From the NCBI GenBank assembly GCA_045863855.1, contig BTVV01000078.1:1-28898 (forward strand): 28,898 nucleotides of DNA, in the 5' to 3' direction. This document shows positions 15,821 to 24,253 of the stretch, piece after piece. Origin of the DNA: Planctomycetota bacterium (GTDB lineage Bacteria > Planctomycetota > SZUA-567 > H5-PLA8). The notes beneath the pieces were generated by a model. That model saw nothing but the letters and a program-made list of their open reading frames with translations. It had not been told where the DNA came from and did no database searches. The position numbers and the translations under genes were made by a program. The first letter of the stretch is position 1, and each line of letters starts with the position of its first letter.

Positions 15821-17245
15821 TCACGGCAGCTTCTCGTAGCGCGCCGATTCCAGCACCGAAGGCGACATCGTCGCCAGATCGTTGAGAATCTTCGGACGGT
15901 CCTTCTCCGTTCGCTTCAGCACCAGGAACTTGCCTTCTTCCAGCGTCGCCGTGAGCAGCCGGACCACCTCGCCCGACTGCATCTTCAGCACCTCGCCTTC
16001 GAAGACCAGCGTACCCGCCGCCTCCGCGCCGTTGCTGTCGCGATACAGGAACCCGCCGTCGGCTTTGACCGTAAAACGTTCTGTGACCAGCGGGTTGGGC
16101 CGGTAGCGGTACGAACCGGCCAGCGCTTCGATCGACGCCACGGCGAGCACCCCTGCGGGAGCAGGGGTCGGGGTCGGCGGGGGAGCCGCCGGAGCGGGCT
16201 GCGCGACTTTCGGCGCGGGCGTCGCGGGCGGCGGCGGAGGTTTCACCGGTTCCGGTTCGGGCGGAACTTCGGTCTTGGCCACCGGAGCGGGCTCCGGCGG
16301 CGGAACGGGTGTGGGCGCCGGTTCGGGCGCGGCCGGTTCCACCGGCGCGGTCGCCGGCGCGTCCGGATTCACCGGCGCGACGGGCGTGACCGGTTCCGCC
16401 CCCGGCGTCTTCGCCGGCAACGGCTCCAGCGCCGGCGCGCCGCCTACCTTCTTATAAACCAGCGCCGCACGGTCCTGCGGCGGCATTTCGCCCAGCGGAT
16501 CGCCCAGCTTAAGGATATCCGTTTCGCGCCGCCAGAATTGCAACTCCTCGCCCTGCAACTGCACGGACAACTGCCGCCGGTGAAAGCCGCTGTCGAGCGT
16601 CAACTCGCCGCGCACGAAAACGAAGGTTCCCCGCGCGCGCTGGCCGCTAGGCGCCGCGTATTCGAACGTACCGTTGGATGCCAGCTTCAGTTCGTGCGCC
16701 TGCCCGCCCGCCATGGTGTGGCGAAAATGCCCGGACAGCGACGACGGACCCGGCGCCGACGGCGGAACGGCGGGGAGCGTCGCGTCGGGCGCCGCGGGTT
16801 CGGATTCGTCCTTGGGTGCGGGCGGTTCCGGCTTCCCCTTCGCTTTCCAGTCGTCCCGGCTGACGAGCAGCACCTTCTCGCCCTTGCGCAGCGGAGGCAG
16901 CCGGGACAACAGGCCCGCCGCCAACGTCTCGTCCTTCTTGCTGGGCGTCAGCCACACGTTGTCGCCTTCGAAGCGGAAATCGAAATGCCGCCGCCCTTCG
17001 GGCACCGCCAGCGCCAACTGGTCTTCGCTATAGGTGGCCTTCCCTTTCAGCAACTGGCCGTCCGGGCTGACCAGCCGATACACGCGCTCGAGCGAGATTT
17101 CCAGCGACCAGACGCCGCCTTCGCCTTCGAAGTAGAACGTGTTAAAGAGGCGGCGCTTTTCCTTGTCGCGAGCGTGCGCCGGAAGCGCCAGCGTCCACGC
17201 GGCCATGCAGGCCGCGAAGAACCACCAACCGCGTCGCGTTGTCAC
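15821..17245 (-). CDS. Secreted hypothetical protein with three repeated ~90-aa beta-rich domains and Pro/Ala-rich linkers
   Basis: GTG at 17245 preceded by AGGAG. Signal peptide MTTRRGWWFFAACMAAWTLALPAHA. Three mutually alignable domains. Confidence 0.75.
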   Translation of the reverse strand: MTTRRGWWFFAACMAAWTLALPAHARDKEKRRLFNTFYFEGEGGVWSLEISLERVYRLVSPDGQLLKGKATYSEDQLALAVPEGRRHFDFRFEGDNVWLTPSKKDETLAAGLLSRLPPLRKGEKVLLVSRDDWKAKGKPEPPAPKDESEPAAPDATLPAVPPSAPGPSSLSGHFRHTMAGGQAHELKLASNGTFEYAAPSGQRARGTFVFVRGELTLDSGFHRRQLSVQLQGEELQFWRRETDILKLGDPLGEMPPQDRAALVYKKVGGAPALEPLPAKTPGAEPVTPVAPVNPDAPATAPVEPAAPEPAPTPVPPPEPAPVAKTEVPPEPEPVKPPPPPATPAPKVAQPAPAAPPPTPTPAPAGVLAVASIEALAGSYRYRPNPLVTERFTVKADGGFLYRDSNGAEAAGTLVFEGEVLKMQSGEVVRLLTATLEEGKFLVLKRTEKDRPKILNDLATMSPSVLESARYEKLP

Positions 17246-17462
17246 ATCTTGCTCCTTACTCGATAAGCCGGAATCGCGGGCAACACCGAGCCCATGGGAA
17301 TTCCTAACAAGACGCATTCGATTCAAGCGCCTTCATCGTAACAAGGCCTGCAGATGCACGCAGCCATCTTTCCGCGCGGCCGAAGGCGCGGTAATCGTCT
17401 TGAGCCCGAAGGCGCTTGGCGGTATCAGAGAGTGAAGCAGGAGCATGCGAAGGGAGAATCCC

Positions 17463-18269
17463 ATGGCCGTGGGTCGAAATTCGAAGCGCCTCTCGCGCGC
17501 TGGGCTGGCGCTGGAAAAGAACGCGGTCGATCGCGACCTGCGCGTCAAGATCGTCGCGCAAACGCCCGCTGAAGACGGCAGGCGAAAAGAGATCAAGGTG
17601 GACGTACGCAACGGCTTCGTCGTCCTCAGCGGTTTCGTGCGCACCTTTCGCGAGAAGGAACGCCTGCACCGCTTCGTGATGGGCCTGCGCGGCGTTAAGG
17701 CGCTCAAAGATCTCCTTCGCGTCCGCCCCGAAGAATCCATCGCCGACCGCCAGATCGCCCTCCATGTCCGGCAGTCCCTTGATGCGCATGCCGAACTTCC
17801 GCCAGCCACTGCTACCGTCCACGTACGCGACGGCACCTGTACCTTGCGCGGCCACGTCCGAAGCGCCGAAGAACGACATATCGCCGAATCCGTCGCCAGC
17901 CACTGCCGAGGTGTGAAATCCGTGGTCAACGAACTCACGGTCGATACCCTCGACGAAATCCCCGACGAAGCCACTTCGCGCGCCGTTCGTTGCGCGCTGG
18001 CGTACTGCGAGGACTTCGACACCGATGGCATCACCATCAGTTGCTGCGATGGCAAAATCGTGCTGCGCGGCAACGTGCCCACCATGATGGACCGCATGCT
18101 GGCCGAAGAAATGACCCGCATCCAACCCGGCGTTCGCCAAGTCGAGAACCATATTCAGGTCAACACTCAACTGCTCTTGGAGCCCGTCAAGCCCGAGGCC
18201 GGGGACGCGCGCGCGTCACGCCGGTCCGTCCGCAAGCGCCGGCCCAGCCTGCGCCGCGAAATCGGCTAA
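17463..18269 (+). CDS. BON-domain protein (three BON domains, no signal peptide)
   Basis: Three repeats of 'D..i...v...l......i.V.v.dG.v.L.G.V......ae......GV..V.n.l.V' (VRNGFVVLSGFV, VRDGTCTLRGHV, CCDGKIVLRGNV). GGGAG precedes ATG 17463; an alternative start is 17445. Confidence 0.88.
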   Translation: MAVGRNSKRLSRAGLALEKNAVDRDLRVKIVAQTPAEDGRRKEIKVDVRNGFVVLSGFVRTFREKERLHRFVMGLRGVKALKDLLRVRPEESIADRQIALHVRQSLDAHAELPPATATVHVRDGTCTLRGHVRSAEERHIAESVASHCRGVKSVVNELTVDTLDEIPDEATSRAVRCALAYCEDFDTDGITISCCDGKIVLRGNVPTMMDRMLAEEMTRIQPGVRQVENHIQVNTQLLLEPVKPEAGDARASRRSVRKRRPSLRREIG

Positions 18270-18300
18270 AGGGTTACCCAAGTTTCGCCGAAACCCTTTT
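18268..18300 (+). terminator. Possible intrinsic terminator hairpin after the BON gene
   Basis: Inverted repeat AAAGGGTT (18268-18275) / AACCCTTT (18292-18299) ending in TTTT. The loop is long and the U tract short. Confidence 0.3.
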
Positions 18301-18370
18301 CCACTAAGCAGTTCCCTAGTGCAGAATGTGCAATCCCTCTTGTTTGCCCTCCCCCACCCGTTATCTTGGT

Positions 18371-18390
18371 GCATTGGTTCGAACCAGTGC
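18371..18390. promoter_or_regulatory. Near-perfect 20-bp palindrome, candidate transcription-factor operator
   Basis: GCATTGGTTCGAACCAGTGC has one mismatched pair and lies in the AT-richer intergenic region upstream of the beta-barrel gene. Confidence 0.35.
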
Positions 18391-18578
18391 GGTTCGGCCT
18401 TCTCCGAAAACGGTTCAGAATCCCGGGGGGGATCATGATCGTTGCGAATTGCCACAACCTCACGCCAAGCATTCATTTGAGGTCATCCGGCTTGCGATAA
18501 GCGCCGTCAGACGCTTTTCCACCGGTTATGAACACACCCCACAGGGCGAGGTCGTACTCCGTTCCCGCATCGCGTGGA

Positions 18579-19805
18579 ATGGGGTGGCGCTATGCCTTGG
18601 CGTTCTGCCTGCTCGCATGCGGAAGCTTCGCGAAACTCCACGCCGAAGAGATTCCACAGATCAATGTCATGGGCGAGGACATCCTGGCCGAAGGCGCCGA
18701 GCTGCGCTGGGGCAGCATGGAGTTCCATCCCTATCTCGCGTTCAACTACGAGTGGATCGATAACCTCTTCTACGACAAGAAGAATCCCGAAGACGACACG
18801 CTCTACACCATGGTCCCCGGCGTGAACATCAACTGGCCTTTCGCCGGCAATCACACGGCCAAACTCAACTGGCAGTCCCAGGTCCGGCGCTACAACGACA
18901 ACCCCGACGTAAACAACCATCAGCAGTTGGGCGACGCCTTCCTGAAGCTCGACTACGACCGCTATTGGTTCGAGTTCCGCAACAAGTACGCGTACCTGCA
19001 GGAAGTCGGGGACATCGAAATCACCGATCGCCAGGTCCGCTGGGCCAACGACGCCTCTTTCCAGACCGGCGTGCGCTTCGAACGCTTCGACATGATCATG
19101 GGCTACGCCAAACGCCTGCGCGTCTGGCCCAAGGAAGAAGACCACGACCTGAGCTATTCCGAAGATCAGGGCCACATGACCTTCGACATCAAGGTCAAGC
19201 CCACGCTCGATGCGTTCACGCGCTTCGAGTTCAAGAGCATCGATTACGACGACGACCTGAAGTTTCCCGATATTCGGCGCAACGACCAGAAGCGCTCGAC
19301 GGCCATCGCGGGTTTCAAAGGCTCATGGGGCTCGTCGGTCGGCTGGAGCATGGCCGCCGGATTCGAACACATCCGGCTGCACAAACGCACGCGGTCCGCC
19401 CGCGATCTCTGGGGCGAAACCGCCTCCGACCACCCCATCCTGCGCGGCTCCATCAAATGGGACGTCGTGCCCGAGCGCACCCTCCTCGAAGGCTCCGCCA
19501 ACCGCGGCGTGGGGCTGTCCACGGGCAGCGACTACGCCGACACCTTGAACCTGAATCTGGCGGTGCGCCACCGCTGGTCCCAGCGGCTCACCACCCGCGC
19601 CGAAGTGGGCTTCACCGACTACAACCGCGCCAAAGGCGCCGACTACCGGCTCTTCAACGCGCAAGTCTCCACCCAATACCGCATCACGCGCTGGGCCAAC
19701 GCCTACCTGCGCTACGAGTATGTCGAACGCAACGCCCTCGACGATCCCAGCGGCGGCGACTTTCGGCGCAACTCCGTGCAACTCGGTGTGATCCTGGCGT
19801 GGTAA
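18579..19805 (+). CDS. Outer-membrane beta-barrel protein (BBP2-like, polysaccharide-export-associated type)
   Basis: Signal peptide MGWRYALAFCLLACGSFAKLHA, N-terminal FHPYLAFNYEWIDNLF, alternating aromatic/hydrophobic strands, and C-terminal beta-signal NSVQLGVILAW. An alternative start is 18528. Confidence 0.8.
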   Translation: MGWRYALAFCLLACGSFAKLHAEEIPQINVMGEDILAEGAELRWGSMEFHPYLAFNYEWIDNLFYDKKNPEDDTLYTMVPGVNINWPFAGNHTAKLNWQSQVRRYNDNPDVNNHQQLGDAFLKLDYDRYWFEFRNKYAYLQEVGDIEITDRQVRWANDASFQTGVRFERFDMIMGYAKRLRVWPKEEDHDLSYSEDQGHMTFDIKVKPTLDAFTRFEFKSIDYDDDLKFPDIRRNDQKRSTAIAGFKGSWGSSVGWSMAAGFEHIRLHKRTRSARDLWGETASDHPILRGSIKWDVVPERTLLEGSANRGVGLSTGSDYADTLNLNLAVRHRWSQRLTTRAEVGFTDYNRAKGADYRLFNAQVSTQYRITRWANAYLRYEYVERNALDDPSGGDFRRNSVQLGVILAW

Positions 19806-20443
19806 CGCCCTCCGCACCTTACGCGCTCGCGCTCGAGCCCGGGCTGCCTTGGCGCGCGCCGGCCTTTGTGCTGGAACACCTTCACGTCCGCGCAAGCCAT
19901 CCTGAATTGCAGGCCGAAATCGATCGGCTCGGCGCCGGCCTGCGTGCACGCCATGCGGCCGCGCAGGTCGCCGAGATTCCCGGCATCGCCGCAGTCCGCC
20001 AGGCCTACCATGCCAGCGGCATCGACCCCACCAAGACCCGCCCTTCATCCGAAGCGCTCCTGCGCCGCATCCTTAAAGGACAGAGCCTCTACACCGTCAA
20101 CACGCTCGTCGATGCGCTGAACTACTGCTCGCTCAAATTCCTCGTGCCCTTCGGGCTCTACGATCTGGATGGCGTGCAGCCGCCCGTCGAACTCCGCCTT
20201 GGGCGCGAGGGCGAAGGCTACGAAGGCATACGCAAAGACCGCGTCAACGTCGCCGGGCGCCCGTGCCTGGCCGATGCCGCCGGACCCTTCGGCAATCCGA
20301 CCTCCGACAGCGACCGAACCAAAATCACCCTGGCCACCGTGCGCGCCTTGGTCGTACCTTTCCTGCCGCTCGAAACGGAGGAGCCCCGTTGCGCCGCCAT
20401 CGCCGCGGAAACCGCCGCGTTCCTGCGCCGATTCTCTTCCTAA
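19799..20443 (+). CDS. Stand-alone B3/4 domain protein (PheT editing-domain-like, putative trans-editing aminoacyl-tRNA deacylase)
   Basis: RQAYHASGIDPTKTRPSSEALLRRILKG..LYTVNTLVDALNYCSL...PFGLYDLD and ADAAGPFGNPTSDSDRTKIT. The GTG start overlapping the barrel stop is uncertain. Confidence 0.82.
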   Translation: MVTPSAPYALALEPGLPWRAPAFVLEHLHVRASHPELQAEIDRLGAGLRARHAAAQVAEIPGIAAVRQAYHASGIDPTKTRPSSEALLRRILKGQSLYTVNTLVDALNYCSLKFLVPFGLYDLDGVQPPVELRLGREGEGYEGIRKDRVNVAGRPCLADAAGPFGNPTSDSDRTKITLATVRALVVPFLPLETEEPRCAAIAAETAAFLRRFSS

Positions 20444-20471
20444 GCGCTCCTGGCCCTATTACCTTAACCGC

Positions 20472-21317
20472 ATGCCTCCACGCACCCCGCCCCCGCCCGG
20501 TCAGCTCAAGCTTCTGGCCCTCGACCTTGACGGCACGCTCCTGCGCCGCGACCAGACCGTGGGCCCGCGTACCATTCGGGCGCTCCAAGCCGCTCATGCG
20601 CGCGGTGTGAAAATTGCGTTTAACAGCGGGCGCATGGCTCCGGCCATGGAAGAGCCGGCACGCCAGGTGGGGCTCGACGTCTACCAGATCTCCTACAACG
20701 GCGCATCCGTCCGCGATCTCGCATCCCGCGGGCGCGCGCGCCTCTACGAGCAGACGATGCCGCTGGACGTCGCCCGCGAACTGGCGCTCCTCGCACGCAG
20801 CCGCACGCTCCAGCTCAACTACTACCTTGATGAGCACGTCTGGTGCGAAGCGCGGACCGAACTGCGTCCCTTCGTAGAACTGTACGAAAGCCGCACCGGA
20901 AGCCCCTTCCGATACGTCGAACGGATCGAAGAGGTTCTGGACCGCGCTCCTTATAAAGTACTTTTCGTCGTAGAACCGCGCGTCCGCGACGAACTGCTGG
21001 AAGAACTGGAACCGCGCTACGCAGGAAGAGCCACCGTCACCCGCACCGATCCCGAATACCTCGAATTCCTGCATCCGCAGGTCGATAAAGGCGTCGGCTT
21101 GCGTGCACTGGCCGCCAGGCTGGGTCTGGAGATGAGCGAAGTCATGGCCGTCGGCGACAGCTTCAACGATACGCCCATGCTCGCCGCCGCCGGCTGGGGC
21201 GTCGCCGTTGCCAATGCCGCCACGCCTACGCGGGAGATCGCCGCCGCAGTGACCCAAGCAGATTGCGATTCCGACGGCGTGGCAGAAGCCATCGAGCGTT
21301 ACCTTCTGGAGCCCTGA
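20472..21317 (+). CDS. Cof-type HAD-IIB family hydrolase
   Basis: LALDLDGTLL, NSGR, YNGA, YLEF...VDKG, AVGDSFNDTPML, GVAVANA, DGVA. Confidence 0.92.
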   Translation: MPPRTPPPPGQLKLLALDLDGTLLRRDQTVGPRTIRALQAAHARGVKIAFNSGRMAPAMEEPARQVGLDVYQISYNGASVRDLASRGRARLYEQTMPLDVARELALLARSRTLQLNYYLDEHVWCEARTELRPFVELYESRTGSPFRYVERIEEVLDRAPYKVLFVVEPRVRDELLEELEPRYAGRATVTRTDPEYLEFLHPQVDKGVGLRALAARLGLEMSEVMAVGDSFNDTPMLAAAGWGVAVANAATPTREIAAAVTQADCDSDGVAEAIERYLLEP

Positions 21318-21318
21318 T

Positions 21319-22029
21319 ATGGAATCGGAAGCCAAGCCCCCGTCCGTCAGCCGTTCGCTTTGGTTGCTCAGCTTGGTGGTGACCGCCGTGCTGGCGGGGG
21401 CTTTGGGTTATGCCGCCGGACAGCGTTCCGCTCCCGAAGGACGCTCGCCTACGCCTACCGCGCCGTCCAGCGACGACGAAGGCGATACCGCGGCCGCCGC
21501 CCCGGCCGCCGCGCCTGGCACGCGCAACCCCAAGTGGGCAGCGCCGCTCGATAAGCCCGGCTTGCCCAATCTGCACCAGGTATCGAGCGCGTTGTATCGC
21601 AGTGCGCAGCCGAGCGCCGCAGGCATGCAGGAAGCCAAGCGTATGGGCATCAAGACCGTGCTCAACTTGCGCCAGTTCCACAGCGACCGCGACGAGATCG
21701 GCGAAACGGGGCTCGCCTACGAGCACATCTATTTCAACCCTTTCAATCCGGAAGATAAAGAGGTCGTCCGCTTCCTGCAGATTGCCGCCGACCCCAGCCG
21801 GCAGCCCGTCCTGGTACACTGCAAACACGGCGCCGACCGCACCGGAACCTACTGCGCTTTGTACCGCATTTGCATCGAAGGATGGTCGAAGGATGCGGCC
21901 ATCGAGGAACTGAAAGACGGAGGCTACGGGCACCACGAATCCATCTTCGGCAACCTGATCAAGTACATCCAGGAACTCGACATCGAAGCCATCAAGCGGC
22001 GCGCGGGCATTCCCGAGCGCCGCCCGTAA
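21319..22029 (+). CDS. Membrane-anchored Cys-dependent (dual-specificity/Siw14-like) phosphatase
   Basis: N-terminal hydrophobic helix, NLHQV..LYRSAQP, GIKTVLNLR, and P-loop VLVHCKHGADRTG (CX5R). Confidence 0.85.
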   Translation: MESEAKPPSVSRSLWLLSLVVTAVLAGALGYAAGQRSAPEGRSPTPTAPSSDDEGDTAAAAPAAAPGTRNPKWAAPLDKPGLPNLHQVSSALYRSAQPSAAGMQEAKRMGIKTVLNLRQFHSDRDEIGETGLAYEHIYFNPFNPEDKEVVRFLQIAADPSRQPVLVHCKHGADRTGTYCALYRICIEGWSKDAAIEELKDGGYGHHESIFGNLIKYIQELDIEAIKRRAGIPERRP

Positions 22030-22040
22030 AGGATCGAACC

Positions 22041-23183
22041 ATGCCCAACCTGCTGGTGCTCTCCGCCGCCGTCGGCGCCGGACATCTGCGCGCCGCCCAG
22101 GCCCTCGAACAAGCCTTGAAGGAACTCGCCCCGCAGGCGCACGTTCAAAACGTCGATGTCCTCACGCTTACCAATGCCGCGTTCCGAAAACTCTACGGGC
22201 AGGCCTACCTCGATCTCGTCAACCGCGCCCCGCACATGCTTGGGTATTTGTACGATTTCCTGGACCGGCCCGTGTCGAAGGCGAGCGCCCGGCGCGACCG
22301 TTTTCGGCTGCTGGTCCAGAAGGCGAATCTCGCGAAATTCCGCGCCCTATTGGACAGCAAGCCCTGGGATCTGATCCTCAATACGCATTATCTTCCCGCC
22401 GAACTCGTCGCCGACCGCAAACGCACCGAAGCCTGGCACGTCCCGCAATGGACCGTCACCACCGACTTCGATACGCACCGTCTTTGGAAGCATCTGCCCT
22501 GCGAACGCTACACCACCGCCACCGACGAAGGCGCCGCCTACCTGGCCAGCATGGGCGTCCCGCGCGAAACCATCCACGTCACCGGCATTCCCATTCATCC
22601 CCTCTTCGCCAAACCCAAATCGCGAGCCGAAGCCGTGGCCGAACTGGGCCTGCGCGGGGACCGCCCGATTCTGCTCCAGCTCGCCGGAGGTTTCGGCGTC
22701 GGGCCCCTCGAACAGATTTACACCCAGCTTTTGGAACTCGAACGCCCGCTCGAAATCGTGGTGGTCTGCGGCAAAAACGCGAAGCTCAAAGCTCAACTCG
22801 AACGCCTTGCCGTCCCGCGCCGCCATGCCGCGCGCGTGATGGGCTTCACCGACAAGATGGACGCGCTTCTTGCCGCCGCCGACTTGGTCCTATCCAAGCC
22901 CGGCGGACTCACCACCAGCGAGATCCTCGCCCGCGGCGCGGCCCTCGCGATTCTCAACCCCATCCCCGGCCAGGAAACCCGCAACAGCGATTACCTGCTC
23001 GAGGCCGGCGCGGCAATCAAGATCAACAACCCCGCCATCCTGGGCTACAAGCTGAGCAAACTCTTCGACGATCCCGACCGCCTCATCCGCTTGAAGCGCA
23101 ACGCCAAGCGCCTGGGCAAACCGCGCGCCGCGTACGAAATTGCTTCCGCCGCGCTCGCCTCTTTACGCACCAGCGCAAGCTAA
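22041..23183 (+). CDS. MGDG synthase / UgtP-like GT28 diacylglycerol glycosyltransferase
   Basis: SAAVGAGHLRAAQAL, VTTDF, TGIPI, GGFG, VCGKN, GFTDKM, SKPGGLTTSE, PIPGQETRN. Confidence 0.88.
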   Translation: MPNLLVLSAAVGAGHLRAAQALEQALKELAPQAHVQNVDVLTLTNAAFRKLYGQAYLDLVNRAPHMLGYLYDFLDRPVSKASARRDRFRLLVQKANLAKFRALLDSKPWDLILNTHYLPAELVADRKRTEAWHVPQWTVTTDFDTHRLWKHLPCERYTTATDEGAAYLASMGVPRETIHVTGIPIHPLFAKPKSRAEAVAELGLRGDRPILLQLAGGFGVGPLEQIYTQLLELERPLEIVVVCGKNAKLKAQLERLAVPRRHAARVMGFTDKMDALLAAADLVLSKPGGLTTSEILARGAALAILNPIPGQETRNSDYLLEAGAAIKINNPAILGYKLSKLFDDPDRLIRLKRNAKRLGKPRAAYEIASAALASLRTSAS

Positions 23184-23188
23184 GACCG

Positions 23189-23275
23189 CTCTAAATTTAT
23201 ATAAAGAAGTGGCCTCTAATTTGTCCTCGAGATTCCTCACGAATTCTTGACATGAGCCACATGTTCGGTTAATCC
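23189..23275 (+). promoter_or_regulatory. AT-rich promoter region upstream of the hydrolase
   Basis: Perfect TTGACA at 23247-23252 with a weak -10 (GTTAAT/TAATCC, 23268-23275). Also a palindrome TTTATATAAA (23196-23205) and a direct repeat CTCTAA(A)TTT at 23189 and 23214. Confidence 0.4.
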
Positions 23276-23335
23276 TTTGTGCTCCAAAGGGCCCGCGTTT
23301 GCCTGGACGCCGGCGCCATTCCGGAACCGAAAGTT

Positions 23336-24253
23336 ATGATCAAAAAGCTCGATAGCGCGGCGTTGATGCGTGGACTCGATGTGGCTTCGATGCTGCACGA
23401 AGCCCCGCCGCTCGATCCTGCGCAGATGATCAAAGAGCGCGTGGATCTGCCCCAGGCGTTGGGCGCGCTCGAGGTCTACCGCCCCGCAGACGCACGCTAC
23501 CGCAACGATGATCCGCAAGCTCCGGCGCTGGTCATGGTTCCCGGGCTGGGGGCCGACGGCGTAAGTTGGCTGCGCCAGTTGCCGCTCGGCGCGCTGGCCG
23601 ACCTCTACAGCCCGCAGCATCCGCCCAAGCTCGCCGCGGGCGAAAAAGGCCTTGGCCAGTTCGCGCGTTACATCGAAGCCTTCATCGAAGCCCGCGGCCT
23701 GCATCGCCGGCCCGGCGGCGTGGTGCTTCTGGGCAGCAGCATGGGCGGCGCCGTCTCGCTCTGTACCGCCCTGCGCGGACGCATCCCGCTGCGCGGCCTG
23801 ATCCTCGCCGGCACCTTTGGCCACCGCCGCCATCTGAGCTGGTTCGACCGCAATCTCGGCCGCTACGTGGCCCGCGTCATGCCCGCCGCGATTATCCGCG
23901 CCGCCGGCCGCGTCATGGTACGCAAGACCAAGCTCTTCGGGTGCTTCGAGGGCGACGAAGGCAGCTTCATGGTCCACGGTATCAACGTCTGCAGCGGCGA
24001 ATACCTTGTCAAAGCCGTCGCCGCGATCACCACCCAAGAACAGGTCGAAGCCGCCCGCGAGCTCAAGCTCCCCACGCTCGTCACGCACGGCACGCTCGAT
24101 TGGGTCCTGCCGCACCGCTGCGCCGAAGAACTCGCCGCCGCCATTCCCGGCGCGAAGCTCGCCAGCATCGAAGGCGGCGGGCACGCCTTCTTCTTCACGC
24201 ATCACCGCGAATTCAACGCCGCCGTCGCGCGCTGGCTGGTCGAACTGCCCTAG
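23336..24253 (+). CDS. Alpha/beta-fold hydrolase
   Basis: VMVPGLG oxyanion region, nucleophile elbow GSSMGG, PTLVTHGTLD (acid), GGGHAF (His). Start uncertain. Confidence 0.87.
   Translation: MIKKLDSAALMRGLDVASMLHEAPPLDPAQMIKERVDLPQALGALEVYRPADARYRNDDPQAPALVMVPGLGADGVSWLRQLPLGALADLYSPQHPPKLAAGEKGLGQFARYIEAFIEARGLHRRPGGVVLLGSSMGGAVSLCTALRGRIPLRGLILAGTFGHRRHLSWFDRNLGRYVARVMPAAIIRAAGRVMVRKTKLFGCFEGDEGSFMVHGINVCSGEYLVKAVAAITTQEQVEAARELKLPTLVTHGTLDWVLPHRCAEELAAAIPGAKLASIEGGGHAFFFTHHREFNAAVARWLVELP

Noticed and set aside
16130..16445. GC-rich repetitive DNA that could be a tandem repeat or array
   Set aside because: It is explained by the Pro/Ala/Glu-rich linker codons. There is no fixed-length repeat-spacer structure, so it is not a CRISPR array.
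17400..17428. TTGAGC-N17-TATCAG as the BON gene promoter
   Set aside because: The spacing is right but the -10 lacks the conserved final T, so it is too weak to list as a feature.
18965..19798. Long N-terminal extension of the B3/4 ORF overlapping the barrel gene in another frame (possible frameshift fusion)
   Set aside because: The extension is Arg-rich off-frame sequence. The barrel ends in a proper C-terminal beta-signal, and I saw no slippery site.
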